In this document: in pieces, positions 1-12,289 of the stretch
Layout of the letters: each line of letters begins with the position of its first letter
Numbering within the stretch: position 1 is the first letter of the stretch
DNA from: Gammaproteobacteria bacterium
Lineage (GTDB): Bacteria; Pseudomonadota; Gammaproteobacteria; Steroidobacterales; MnTg04
DNA: 64,000 nt
NCBI GenBank assembly: GCA_027292775.1
Contig: JAPUGL010000031.1
Location: forward strand, 2,546 to 66,545
Direction: 5' to 3'
Made by a program: the position numbers and the translations under genes
Notes under the pieces: model-generated
Seen by the model: only the letters and a program-made list of their open reading frames with translations
Told to the model about the DNA's origin: nothing
Databases searched by the model: none

Positions 1-362
1 TTTCAACATTCTCTCCACGATCTGTTCCTCGCTATCGATGTTTCCGGTTGATGGCTGGCAAAGCCTGTTTCTCCCGTTAATTTAAATGACCCGCCGAGTA
101 ACGCAAAAGTTCAAAGTAGCTCATGCTGCAGCGCGACATTATGCCTGGCGCTCCACTCCGGGGCACCCTCCTTATTACACCACCGTGCTCCCCGGAGGCA
201 AGTGATACGCCATTGCGATACTCTCACCTGCGGTCGGCCAGCACCAGGAACAAGGCTGACTACCACTTGATGAGCAGACCGCCTCGGTATAGTTTCAAGG
301 TCAGTCCACTGGCGTGGGCAACTGATCGAATCCGCGGTGGTCCAAACAAGAAGACGGTAATC

Positions 363-1856
363 ATGCACAAAAAATCGCCAACAGGAATCTTTCGAAAACC
401 CGCTTGCCTGGCGTTGCTAGCGGCGATGGCGGGACTGATATTGTCATCTTGCGCATCCAATCCGACCGGTGGCTCCGATTTTGTCCTGATGTCTGAAGAA
501 GATGAGCTTCAGCTCGGCGCCCGGCTACACCCGCAGATCATCCGGCAGTTCGGTATTTACCAGGATCAGAGACTGCAAAACTATGTCAATGACATCGGCC
601 AGAAACTGGCCGCAGTGAGTCATCGGCCGAACATCAAGTACCGTTTTACCGTTCTTGACGACGACCAGGTCAACGCGTTTGCGACGCCTGGCGGATATAT
701 CTATATCACCCGCGGAATCATGGCCTATCTGGATTCGGAGGCTGAACTTGCCGCCATCGTCGGCCATGAAATCGCTCATGTCACAGCGCGCCACGCAGTC
801 AGGCAGCACGGCAAATCATCGATCGTCAAAGCACTCTCTGCGGTCGCCGGGATGCTTACACCGATGCAATCGGGAAGCGTGCTGACCAGTTACGTCGGCG
901 GCGCGTTGTTGAGCGGTTTTGGCAGGAAAGCCGAACTGCAGGCAGACGGATTGGGCGCGGAATATATGGCGAAAGCCGGTTATGACCCGGAATCCATCAT
1001 CGATGTGCTCCGGGTAATGAAGCAAAAGGAGATGTTCGAGGTTGAAAGAGCACGCCAGGAAGGACGCGAGGCACAAGTGTATCACGGTGTTTTTGCCACT
1101 CACCCCGACAATGACACCAGGCTAAAGGAGGTCGTCGGTGCGGCTGACAAACTGCAGGTCAGGCCAGATGCCGTGGTAAACGCTGAAGCTTACCTCAGCC
1201 GGATCAATGGTTTGGTATTCGGCGAATCCCGCGGCAACCGTGTTATCCGGGCCCACAAGTTTTACGACCGCGGACTCGGTATCAAAGTCACGTTCCCGGA
1301 GGGGTGGGCGATCAGCAACCGCAACGACGAAGTCATCGCGACTTCGCCGGATGGCAACGCTGCGCTTTTTTTCAGCGCGTTGCCAATCCCGAAACGCGTG
1401 GTGCCAAAAACCATTCTTCGTCAGCAAATGGGCGCCAGAAATATCCGCGACTCGAGCAACATCACGATCGATGGTTTACCGTCCTTTCTCGCGATTGCCG
1501 ATTATTCGGAGTCCGCATACGGCAAACGGCCGGTTCGCTACGCATTTATTGCAGATCCAAAAAGAAGAGTCGGATTCATATTCGCCGGGGCGGGTAGAAA
1601 CGATCGGCGCAAAATCGCTGCAGATCCGGAATTCATCAAAGCCATCTTCAGTTTCGACCGAATGAATGACGCAGATTTTCGCGCGGCCAGGCTGCCGGTC
1701 ATATCGCTGCATCGTGCGGATGGAAAATCAAGCTTTGCGAGCCTGGCAGAAAATTCGGTTATCGGTTTGCATGCCGAGGATCAACTGCGCCTGCTGAACA
1801 GGGCCTACCCGGATGGCGAACCGGTAGCCGGAAAAATAATCAAGGAAGTCAGATGA
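363..1856 (+). CDS. M48 family zinc metallopeptidase, predicted lipoprotein
   Basis: ORF 123..1856 carries the HEIAHV (HExxH) zinc motif and an ELQADGLGAEYMAKAGYDP segment typical of M48. I moved the start to ATG 363, which gives a lipoprotein signal (LAAMAGLILSSC). The 80 upstream codons are R/P/S-rich and do not look like protein. Confidence 0.85.
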   Translation: MHKKSPTGIFRKPACLALLAAMAGLILSSCASNPTGGSDFVLMSEEDELQLGARLHPQIIRQFGIYQDQRLQNYVNDIGQKLAAVSHRPNIKYRFTVLDDDQVNAFATPGGYIYITRGIMAYLDSEAELAAIVGHEIAHVTARHAVRQHGKSSIVKALSAVAGMLTPMQSGSVLTSYVGGALLSGFGRKAELQADGLGAEYMAKAGYDPESIIDVLRVMKQKEMFEVERARQEGREAQVYHGVFATHPDNDTRLKEVVGAADKLQVRPDAVVNAEAYLSRINGLVFGESRGNRVIRAHKFYDRGLGIKVTFPEGWAISNRNDEVIATSPDGNAALFFSALPIPKRVVPKTILRQQMGARNIRDSSNITIDGLPSFLAIADYSESAYGKRPVRYAFIADPKRRVGFIFAGAGRNDRRKIAADPEFIKAIFSFDRMNDADFRAARLPVISLHRADGKSSFASLAENSVIGLHAEDQLRLLNRAYPDGEPVAGKIIKEVR

Positions 1857-3037
1857 ATTCACGGCGCAAGGCGTTGTCGAACAGCAGTCTGCAGCCAGCC
1901 AGGATAAATGGAATGACCCGGCACTATGCGAAGGAATTTTCGTTTCTTTTGGGGCTCATACCGCTGCTTTTTCTCGCTTCGCCATCGTCGGCGCAAAAGC
2001 CGGACGCCGGCGAGATCGACGATGCATTGTGGGAGATTCTCGACAGCGCGAGACCATCGGTCGTCACTCTCCTGGCCTACGGAGCCAATGACGGACTGCG
2101 CAACATTGGCAGCGGATTCGTCGTGTCCGAGGACGGCCTGATCGCCACCAATCTGAAAATTCTTGATGGGACTGTGCGTATTGAAATGTTGCTGGCGGAC
2201 GAACTGACCGAGGAACTCGAGTTGGTTGCGCTGACCGATTCACACTGGGGGGTCGCCCTGCTCCGTAGCGACGCCAGCGTTCCGCTACCGCTGTATCCTG
2301 GCGAGGCGCGGTCGGCAAGAATAGGTGAAGAAATTATTGCGATTGGCAGCCCCAAGGGCGTCAACGTCACTTTGTCGCAAGGAAAAATTGTATCCCGGTT
2401 CAGGCATCGCGGCACCGATGAGTTGCTGCAAATCTCCAACGATTTTAGCCCGGGCATGAATGGCGGGCCTGTCCTGAACATGGATGGAGAAGCGATCGGC
2501 ATGCTGACTTCGTTTGTGCGTGCCGGTCGGCCAGTGCACCTGGCGATTCCGGCAAATGTCCTGCAAACGATGGTTGCGGCCGCCAAAAACAGGCCTGCGG
2601 AAAAGGACTTGAAAAAAGTGCGGGAGCGGATTGCCGATCTGAAAACGGAACTGGACGAAATGCGCCCGGGTTTAGAGGCACAGTGCAGCAGCGACGATTT
2701 GTCATTGATCGATTCAGTAATTAACAACGCCATCAGGTCCGGTGCCGTGGTTTACAACGAAGGAAACCCGCTTGCCTGTTTCCGGATTTATGAAGGGGCG
2801 AGTTACCAAATGCTCTATCGGCTCAAGGGGCGGTGCAAAATTGCCAGCCGCTTTCTCGAAAGAGTTCTGCTGGAAGCCGCGACGGCTCGCGACCCGGGGC
2901 AATGGGACAGCATTCCTGCCGCCCAGGCCTGGATCATGAGAAGCGCATTCGATTCGTTGACCGGCGCCAGAAACATGCTTCCACGGGGACCAAGCGCCGA
3001 GAGCGCTCCGCCCCCCGGGAAAGAGACGGATACCTGA
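1853..3037 (+). CDS. secreted trypsin-like (HtrA/S1C-fold) domain protein, catalytic triad apparently lost, with a Cys-containing C-terminal domain
   Basis: GSGFVVSEDGLIATN, GVALLRS and SPGMNGGPVLN align by eye to the His, Asp and Ser boxes of DegP/DegS. A signal peptide is present (FLLGLIPLLFLASPSSAQ). The ATG overlaps the M48 stop (ATGA at 1853-1856). An alternative start is ATG 1913. Confidence 0.7.
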   Translation: MNSRRKALSNSSLQPARINGMTRHYAKEFSFLLGLIPLLFLASPSSAQKPDAGEIDDALWEILDSARPSVVTLLAYGANDGLRNIGSGFVVSEDGLIATNLKILDGTVRIEMLLADELTEELELVALTDSHWGVALLRSDASVPLPLYPGEARSARIGEEIIAIGSPKGVNVTLSQGKIVSRFRHRGTDELLQISNDFSPGMNGGPVLNMDGEAIGMLTSFVRAGRPVHLAIPANVLQTMVAAAKNRPAEKDLKKVRERIADLKTELDEMRPGLEAQCSSDDLSLIDSVINNAIRSGAVVYNEGNPLACFRIYEGASYQMLYRLKGRCKIASRFLERVLLEAATARDPGQWDSIPAAQAWIMRSAFDSLTGARNMLPRGPSAESAPPPGKETDT

Positions 3038-3143
3038 TCCGCGGCGGGCTGTTCTCGTCCGCCTGGCCTGCGTATGATTCGCAGCACAGTGATGCGGTCT
3101 GCCCCATCGGCCGAGACCGCGTCAATGAACGCAAGGGCCAGCC

Positions 3144-5541
<2,398 letters not shown>

Positions 5542-5730
5542 TTATCTTACGATGTAGAGAATCAGCAGACCCAGGATGATGCTGATCAGACCGATGCGTC
5601 TCAAGAACTCTACCGGGGCGGCCGACAACTGCTGGTATAGCCGTTGCGCCGATCGTGGGTTGGCAAACGGCAACAGGCCCTCGATCACCAGGACCAGCGC
5701 AAACGCCGCCAGCAAGTCCGACCACTGCAT
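5542..5730 (-). CDS. DUF2065 family small membrane protein
   Basis: 62-aa two-helix ORF in the conserved slot between hflC and purA, where E. coli has yjeT. Confidence 0.7.
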   Translation of the reverse strand: MQWSDLLAAFALVLVIEGLLPFANPRSAQRLYQQLSAAPVEFLRRIGLISIILGLLILYIVR

Positions 5731-5757
5731 TTGTCAATTCCCGAAAGAATCCCGAGC

Positions 5758-6627
5758 TTATCGTTTTCCGCTGGATGATTTCAGATAATCGAAAAACTCG
5801 CCATCCGGGTCCAGGACCAGCAGGTCGCTGGATCCTCTGAAAGCTCCGCGATACGCCTGCAGACTGCGGTGGAAAGAGTAAAACTCCGCGTCCTGACTGT
5901 ACGCGCCGGCATAAATCGCAGCGGCCTCGGCGTCTCCCTCACCACGGATGATCTCCGACTGTTTGTAAGCCTCGGCCAGCAAAATGGTCCTTTCGCGATC
6001 GGCATTCGATGTGATTTCCTTGGCTTGCTCCGCGCCTTCGGCCCTGAGTTGCTTAGCGATACGGACCCGCTCCTGCCGCATTCGCTCGAACACCGACCCG
6101 CTGACTTCATCGGGCAGATCGATACGCTTGACGCGAACATCGACCAATTTGATACCCAGTTCCGATGCGACTACCGTCGTGGAGACCAGCATGGCTTCCA
6201 TAAAATCGGAGCGCTCTGCGGAAACCAGTTGCTGGATACTTCTCTCCGCAACCGCCTTGCGCAGGCCGTCGGTAATGATCGAAAGCAGGCGCGTGACCGC
6301 AATCGTCTCGCTGCCGCCGGTCGCCCGATAAAAAAGACCGACATCGATAATCCGCCATTTGACGAAGAAGTCGACCAGCACGTACTTGGTGCCGCCGGTC
6401 AAAAACCGCTCCGGCCGTTTGTCGACGGTCATCAGACGCTTTTCGAACTTCATGACGTTGTCGATCGGCCACTTGAAATGCAACCCTGGCTCATAATCGG
6501 CCTTGATAATTTCACCGAACCGGAGCTTTAGCGCCAGTTCAGTTTCCGAGATCGTAAAGAAAGACATGCTGGCAACCAGCGCAGCGACCAGCAACACGAT
6601 GACACTGCCAATTCCCTTGATATTCAT
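5758..6627 (-). CDS. hflC: protease modulator HflC
   Basis: SPFH/band-7 domain protein with an N-terminal TM segment. ATGA overlap with the hflK stop at 6624-6627. Confidence 0.93.
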   Translation of the reverse strand: MNIKGIGSVIVLLVAALVASMSFFTISETELALKLRFGEIIKADYEPGLHFKWPIDNVMKFEKRLMTVDKRPERFLTGGTKYVLVDFFVKWRIIDVGLFYRATGGSETIAVTRLLSIITDGLRKAVAERSIQQLVSAERSDFMEAMLVSTTVVASELGIKLVDVRVKRIDLPDEVSGSVFERMRQERVRIAKQLRAEGAEQAKEITSNADRERTILLAEAYKQSEIIRGEGDAEAAAIYAGAYSQDAEFYSFHRSLQAYRGAFRGSSDLLVLDPDGEFFDYLKSSSGKR

Positions 6628-7739
6628 CGCCGTGTCCTCCCGCCGGTCCTTTCATTATCCCGCTGCGATGCCTGGCCGCCGCTTTCGGCTGCAGGGCCGA
6701 AGCCGACCGAACCGCTCACGCCCTGACGGTGCTGTTCCAGGAGTTTGTCGATCGGCAGATAAAGCAGGTTCCCGCTGCCGGTTGCGTCGAGAAATACCTT
6801 GCTGACCGAACCGTAAACTTCCTGAATCGTTTCCAGGTATAGTCTTTTCCTGGTCACCTCCGGCGCTTGGCGATACTCGGCCAGCAGGGCCAGAAAACGA
6901 CTGGTTTCACCTTCGGCATCCGCCACCACGCGGGCCTTGTGTCCTTCGGCATCCTGAATCTGCTTGACCGCCTCACCGCGGGCCCTGGGCAGGATGTCGT
7001 TCTGATAGGATTCCGCTTCGAGGATCATCCGTTCATGGTCTTCGCCCGCCCGGGTCGCGTCGTCCACCGCTGCCTGGACCTGGGCTGGCGGGGTCGCGTT
7101 CACCAGGTTGACGACCATGATTTCGATGCCGGTGGCGTACTGGTCCAGCGTTTCCTGCAACAGCTGTTTGGTTCTGTCCACAATCTCGGCCCGGCCGAAA
7201 CCCATGACCATCTGCGCGCTGCTGGTGCCCACGACTTCGCGAATCGCGCTCTGGCTGACTTCGGAAAGAGACAGCGCTGGATTCCTGACATTGAATGCCC
7301 AGGCCTTGGCATCGCCGCGCCGGTACTGTACCGACAACTCGATAGAGACGATATTCTCATCGGCAGTCAGCATCTGGGTCTGGTGGTCGTACTCCTCGGT
7401 ACTGGCGATGTTGACGATGACGACTTCATCGATCAGCGGAATCCGCCAGTGCAATCCCGGCAGGGTGGTCACCTGATACTCGCCAAAACGCATGACGACG
7501 CCCTGCTCCGGCGCATTGACCTTGTAAAAGCCGGTCGCCAGCAAGGCGCCCAATACGAGCGCCGCGATAAATCCCAGGCTGAAGCCGCCGGGACCGTTGC
7601 CACTGCTACTGCCACCGCCGCCGAACAAACTGCCCAGGCGCTCCTGCATCTTTTTTACGACTTCATCCAGATCCGGCGGACCCTGATCGGGGCCCTGGTT
7701 CCATGGACTCTTGCCATTTCCAGAGTCATTCCAAGCCAT
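6624..7739 (-). CDS. hflK: FtsH protease modulator HflK
   Basis: N-terminus MAWNDSGNGKSPWNQGPDQGPPDLDEV followed by an SPFH domain. Lies in the hflX-hflK-hflC order. Confidence 0.93.
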   Translation of the reverse strand: MAWNDSGNGKSPWNQGPDQGPPDLDEVVKKMQERLGSLFGGGGSSSGNGPGGFSLGFIAALVLGALLATGFYKVNAPEQGVVMRFGEYQVTTLPGLHWRIPLIDEVVIVNIASTEEYDHQTQMLTADENIVSIELSVQYRRGDAKAWAFNVRNPALSLSEVSQSAIREVVGTSSAQMVMGFGRAEIVDRTKQLLQETLDQYATGIEIMVVNLVNATPPAQVQAAVDDATRAGEDHERMILEAESYQNDILPRARGEAVKQIQDAEGHKARVVADAEGETSRFLALLAEYRQAPEVTRKRLYLETIQEVYGSVSKVFLDATGSGNLLYLPIDKLLEQHRQGVSGSVGFGPAAESGGQASQRDNERTGGRTRR

Positions 7740-7761
7740 ACCACATCACTCCTGATTTCCT

Positions 7762-9096
7762 TTAGCGCACACTACCGGCGCGCAATTGTAGAAAGCCTTC
7801 GTTCGGTTCACAAGAAAAAATCTCCAGGCGAACCGGGTCGAGCTCATGTTGCTTGCACAATCGTTCCAATTCGATCCTCGGCAACCTGATTTCCAGCCTG
7901 CAGCCACCATCGTCAAAACTGCATTCCGCCACCACGCCCTGCAGCTCGTAGAGGCGGGCCCGCACGCCGGCCTGGTCCGCGGCCAATTCGAGTACGCCGT
8001 GTACCAGCCTACTCCGAAAATGAATCTGCAGGGACTCTGCCAGCAAATCCAAGCCTTCACCACTGACCGATGACAGCCACACTCTGGCTTTGTCGCCTTC
8101 GCTGGAGCTGTCCAGCCTCGCCGGCTGCCCCGATAGATCAATCTTGTTGAATACCCGGATTTGCGGCACCCGTTCCGCGCCGATTTCCGCCAGGACATCG
8201 TTGACGGCACGTTCTTTCTCATCACGCCACGGATCTGCTGCATCGATGACATGCAAAAGCAAATCGGCCTCGCGCGTTTCCAGTAAAGTCGAACGGAAAG
8301 CCGCGATCAGCTCGTGCGGCAGATCACCCACAAAACCGACCGTATCCGCCAGCACGATATCACCCGAGCGCCCTAGTTGATAACGACGCATCGTCGGATC
8401 GAGGGTCGCAAACAATTGGTCGGCAATGTAAACGGCCTCCGCGGTCAGCGCGTTGAAGAGTGTCGATTTGCCGGCATTTGTATAGCCAACCAGTGCAACG
8501 GTCGGCACTCCCGATCGCCTTCGGTTGCGCCTGCTCATTGCGCGTCTTCTACGAACTCTTTCGAGTCGTTTTCGCAATTTCTTTATCCGGTCGGCCCGCA
8601 ACCGGCGATCCGTCTCCAACTGGGTTTCGCCCGGTCCGCGCAGGCCGATACCGCCTTTTTGCCTTTCCAGATGAGTCCATCCGCGGACCAGACGTGTCGA
8701 TAAATGCCGGAGCTGCGCGAGTTCGACCTGCAGTTTTCCTTCGGAGCTGCGCGCGCGACTGGCAAAAATATCCAGAATCAGGCCGGTACGATCCAGCACG
8801 CGGCATTCAATCGCTTTTTCCAGGTTTCTTTCCTGCGATGGACTGAGGGCTACGCCAAATAAAACGAGTTCGGCGCCAGTGTCTTTGACCGCGTTACGGA
8901 TTTCCTCCACTTTCCCCGAGCCGAGCAGATATCGGGAAGCCGGTGAGACCTTTTCTATCATGAGTTGTTCGACGACGACAGCGCCGGCGGATTCGGCCAA
9001 CGCTCTGAATTCATCGATATCGTTTTCGGTCAGCGATCTACCGAGAGCTACGTATATCAGACAGGCTTTTTCGCCTGATCGTGGACGTTCAATCAA
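7762..9096 (-). CDS. hflX: GTPase HflX
   Basis: G1 motif VGYTNAGKSTLFNALT and DTVGF G3 motif. Located directly downstream of hfq. Confidence 0.93.
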   Translation of the reverse strand: MIERPRSGEKACLIYVALGRSLTENDIDEFRALAESAGAVVVEQLMIEKVSPASRYLLGSGKVEEIRNAVKDTGAELVLFGVALSPSQERNLEKAIECRVLDRTGLILDIFASRARSSEGKLQVELAQLRHLSTRLVRGWTHLERQKGGIGLRGPGETQLETDRRLRADRIKKLRKRLERVRRRRAMSRRNRRRSGVPTVALVGYTNAGKSTLFNALTAEAVYIADQLFATLDPTMRRYQLGRSGDIVLADTVGFVGDLPHELIAAFRSTLLETREADLLLHVIDAADPWRDEKERAVNDVLAEIGAERVPQIRVFNKIDLSGQPARLDSSSEGDKARVWLSSVSGEGLDLLAESLQIHFRSRLVHGVLELAADQAGVRARLYELQGVVAECSFDDGGCRLEIRLPRIELERLCKQHELDPVRLEIFSCEPNEGFLQLRAGSVR

Positions 9097-9114
9097 TGTA
9101 TTTCTGCATACTGC

Positions 9115-9405
9115 TCATTCCGCAGGATCGGCCTCGCCACTGTCGCTATCAGCGTCATGATGTTCAACACTGGCTGCATGATCGTCGCTCATCGGCAGCT
9201 TGACATTGCGAGCGGGCACTACGGTCGAAATCGCGTGTTTATATACCATCTGATTCACGCTGTTGCGCAGCAGCACAACAAACTGGTCGAAAGAATCAAT
9301 CTGACCTTGCAGCTTGATGCCGTTTACCAGGTAAATGGACACTGGCACCCTCTCCTTACGCAGTGCGTTCAGGAAAGGATCTTGTAATGATTGCCCCTTG
9401 GCCAT
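9115..9405 (-). CDS. hfq: RNA chaperone Hfq
   Basis: [46 protein letters not shown]. The start is set at ATG 9405, which is preceded by AAGGAG. The track ORF begins 7 codons further upstream. Confidence 0.95.
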   Translation of the reverse strand: MAKGQSLQDPFLNALRKERVPVSIYLVNGIKLQGQIDSFDQFVVLLRNSVNQMVYKHAISTVVPARNVKLPMSDDHAASVEHHDADSDSGEADPAE

Positions 9406-9523
9406 TTTTTTCTCCTTATTATTCAAGGGTTTAATGTTTTTTTTACCCTATGCGCCCGACCGCCAGTCGCACAGCGGGTGAATATCCGGACAACAACGCA
9501 AATTTTAGCACAATGGCGGCGGC

Positions 9524-10474
9524 TTACCGCTGATTTTCCAGCCAGCGCTCCAACAGCCGGTTTATTGGGGCCAGCCGTGATTCTTCAAGGGCTGGGACCC
9601 GGTTTACATCCTCGTCTGCACGCAGCCAGGTCAGCTGGCGTTTCGCCAGATGCCGCGTAGCAACCTTCGCATCCTCGACAGCCTGTTCCAGATCTGTCTC
9701 CCCGGCAAGGTGTTGCCAGAGCTGGCGATAACCTACAGACCGCATTGCCGGCAGATCCGCATGCAACTCATCACGTTCATACAAGGTTTCGACTTCGGCC
9801 AACAGACCCTGCGCCATCATCTGGTCGAAACGCTCGCCTATTTTCCTCGCCAAACGCTCACGGTCCTCTGGCCACAATGCGATTCTCAGAAAATCCGCAG
9901 CGGGCTCCGTCGCCGTTTTCCGGTGGAACGAACTTATTGTCCGGCCGCTGATTTCGAAAACTTCGAGCGCGCGCTGAATTCTCTGGGCATCGTTTTCACG
10001 AATTTTTGCCGCTGCGTCCGGGTCTATTTCAACTAGCCGGCGGTGCATTGCGGGCCAGCCAACCCGTTCAGCCTGGTCGTCCAGTGAGCGCCGAATTTCT
10101 GCGTTCGCCTCCGGCAGATCAGCCAGACCATGTAAAAGCACGTTGAAATACAGCATGGTCCCGCCTACGAGTACCGGCAAGCGTCCACGCCCGCCGATTT
10201 CGTCCATCAGCCCAAGCGCATCGCGCCTGAACTCGCCGGCCGAGTATATTTCCACCGGGTCGCGGATGTCGATCAGGTGGTGCGTCACCCCAGCCCTTTC
10301 GGCGAGTGGCGGTTTGGCCGTACCAATATCCAGCCCGCGATAAACCATGGCCGAATCGACGCTGATAATTTCCAGGGGAACGTGTTGCGCCAGTTCGATG
10401 ACGGCCGCGGTCTTGCCGGTGGCCGTCGGCCCCATCAGCATCAATGCCAAGGGACGCTGTGCGGGCCGGCTCAT
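9524..10474 (-). CDS. miaA: tRNA dimethylallyltransferase
   Basis: P-loop LMGPTATGKT. The start is set at ATG 10474, which forms an ATGA overlap with the mutL stop (tcat at 10471-10474). Confidence 0.93.
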   Translation of the reverse strand: MSRPAQRPLALMLMGPTATGKTAAVIELAQHVPLEIISVDSAMVYRGLDIGTAKPPLAERAGVTHHLIDIRDPVEIYSAGEFRRDALGLMDEIGGRGRLPVLVGGTMLYFNVLLHGLADLPEANAEIRRSLDDQAERVGWPAMHRRLVEIDPDAAAKIRENDAQRIQRALEVFEISGRTISSFHRKTATEPAADFLRIALWPEDRERLARKIGERFDQMMAQGLLAEVETLYERDELHADLPAMRSVGYRQLWQHLAGETDLEQAVEDAKVATRHLAKRQLTWLRADEDVNRVPALEESRLAPINRLLERWLENQR

Positions 10475-12225
10475 TGGCCGCGCAGGAACAACCGATCCAG
10501 CTCGGTCATGCTGATACTGGTCCAGGTAGGCCTCCCATGATTGCATTGATCGCTGCGGTCGGTCTGTTCCATTTCGCGTAACAACGCATTCATTTCCGGA
10601 ATACTCAGTCGTCGGTTGGCCCTGACCGAGTGATGGCAGGCCATCGTCGCCAGCAGTTCGTTTTGCAGGTCCTCTATCCTCTGACTTTGACCGTGTTCCC
10701 GAAGATCGGAAAGAACGTCGCGGATCAGCTTTTCGGCATCGACATCTTGCAGGAGCACGGGAATTTGCCTCAATACCAGGCTTTGCGGACCACCACGATC
10801 GATTTCCAACCCAAGACCTTCGAACAACTCGCGATGGCGAATCGCAAGCTCCACTTCATCGTCCGCTACTCGAATACTCTGTGGTACCAACAATGGCTGA
10901 GTTCGCAAGGATCCTTCCGCCAGCGAATTTTTCAGGCGCTCGTAAGTGATCCGCTCGTGGGCCGCATGCATATCGACCAGAACCAGGCCGTCGCGGTTTT
11001 GCGCCAGAATATAGACCCCTTGCAATTGTGCGAGCGCGAATCCCAGCGGCGCATCTGACAGGGCTGGATCCGGATCGTCAATCTCCGGAGCAACATATAA
11101 TGCCTGGTATGCCGCAGCCGCATCCGCCGTTCCCAGCGACAGCCCGCTCTGCCTGAGCGCACCACGACCGCCGCCATTGCCGACGGCGACCGGTTTTGGC
11201 GCCGATCCATGTACGCTGACACCGCCGGGACGTGTTCCGGTCAACAGCTTGTGCAGGCTGCGGAAAATAAAGTCGTGCACCAGCCGGCTGTCGCGGAACC
11301 GTACTTCGTGTTTGCTTGGGTGCGCGTTGACATCGACCGCGGCCGGATCCATTTCCAGGTAGAGAACGAACGCCGGATAGCGGCCATGGAAAAGCACGTC
11401 CTGAAACCCCTGGCGCACGGCATGCGCGACCAGCTTGTCGCGGATCATGCGTCCGTTGACATAGAAGTACTGCCTGTCGGCCTGGCTGCGCGAAAAAGTC
11501 GGCTGGGCTACCCAGCCTCGCAAATAAAGATCCGAAGACTGGTGCTCCAGTTCCAGAATATTCGCCGCGAATTCTTCTCCGCAGATTGCCGCCAGGCGAC
11601 TCCGTTGGTCTTGGTCGCTGACAAGTGCGGGCCAGTGGGCAATATTTCGCCGATTGTGGCGAATCTGAAAACCCGTCGAAAAACGACTCAACGCGACGCG
11701 ACGAACCAGTTGGTCTATATGCTGCCACTCGGTCCGTTCGGCGCGCAAAAACTTTCGGCGCGCCGGCGTATTGAAAAAAAGATCGCGTACTTCAACCGTC
11801 GTTCCCGGCGTATGCGCCACAGGTTCCGGCGTACCTGTTTTTCCATCGCGCACTTCACATTGCCAGCCTCGATCGGAATCCGCTGTTCTGGACGACAATC
11901 GCAGGCGGCTGACCGACGCGATGCTGGGAAGGGCTTCACCGCGAAAACCCAGGCTTGCGATGTGCTCGAGATCATCCAGCGTTTCTATCTTGCTGGTGGC
12001 GTGGCGCGATAGCGCCATCGCTAATTCGTCCGCCGGAATACCGCTACCGTCGTCGCGCACGCGAATCAGACCGGCGCCGCCTTTCTCGATATCGATTTCA
12101 ATATATGCTGCGCCGGCATCCAGGCTGTTTTCCAGCAACTCTTTGACTACCGATGCAGGCCTTTCGATGACTTCGCCGGCGGCAATCTGGCTGATCAGCT
12201 GGGTGGGCAGTTCTTTGATCGTCAT
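10471..12225 (-). CDS. mutL: DNA mismatch repair endonuclease MutL
   Basis: N-terminus IKELPTQLISQIAAGEVIERPASVVKELLENSLDAG (GHKL ATPase), 584 aa. Confidence 0.95.
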   Translation of the reverse strand: MTIKELPTQLISQIAAGEVIERPASVVKELLENSLDAGAAYIEIDIEKGGAGLIRVRDDGSGIPADELAMALSRHATSKIETLDDLEHIASLGFRGEALPSIASVSRLRLSSRTADSDRGWQCEVRDGKTGTPEPVAHTPGTTVEVRDLFFNTPARRKFLRAERTEWQHIDQLVRRVALSRFSTGFQIRHNRRNIAHWPALVSDQDQRSRLAAICGEEFAANILELEHQSSDLYLRGWVAQPTFSRSQADRQYFYVNGRMIRDKLVAHAVRQGFQDVLFHGRYPAFVLYLEMDPAAVDVNAHPSKHEVRFRDSRLVHDFIFRSLHKLLTGTRPGGVSVHGSAPKPVAVGNGGGRGALRQSGLSLGTADAAAAYQALYVAPEIDDPDPALSDAPLGFALAQLQGVYILAQNRDGLVLVDMHAAHERITYERLKNSLAEGSLRTQPLLVPQSIRVADDEVELAIRHRELFEGLGLEIDRGGPQSLVLRQIPVLLQDVDAEKLIRDVLSDLREHGQSQRIEDLQNELLATMACHHSVRANRRLSIPEMNALLREMEQTDRSDQCNHGRPTWTSISMTELDRLFLRGQ

Positions 12226-12289
12226 CGGGCGTCCTTTCTGCTAAATCAGCAGTCGTGCCTGGAAAAGGATTATATGACGATAAGCGGAA

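Noticed and set aside
1-9. Possible divergent gene start (ATG on the minus strand at 9..7, preceded by GGAGAG)
   Set aside because: Only three codons lie inside the window and the SD spacing is short, so the call cannot be supported.
266-274. CTTGATGAG resembling the hammerhead ribozyme CUGAUGA core
   Set aside because: It has an extra U, no adjacent stem II and no GAAA or cleavage-site elements.
123-362. N-terminal 80-codon extension of the M48 ORF
   Set aside because: The sequence is R/P/S-rich. A lipoprotein signal peptide begins at the internal ATG 363.
6867-7889. 340-aa ORF on the plus strand
   Set aside because: It is antisense to a clearly recognisable hflK. Its composition is low-complexity and Arg/Gly/His-rich, typical of a shadow ORF in GC-rich DNA.
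11209-12012. 267-aa plus-strand ORF. Similar cases are 32464-33264, 48002-48739 and 3149-3784.
   Set aside because: They are antisense to mutL, lptF, the ilvC-like gene and the AI-2E transporter respectively, and their composition is unprotein-like.
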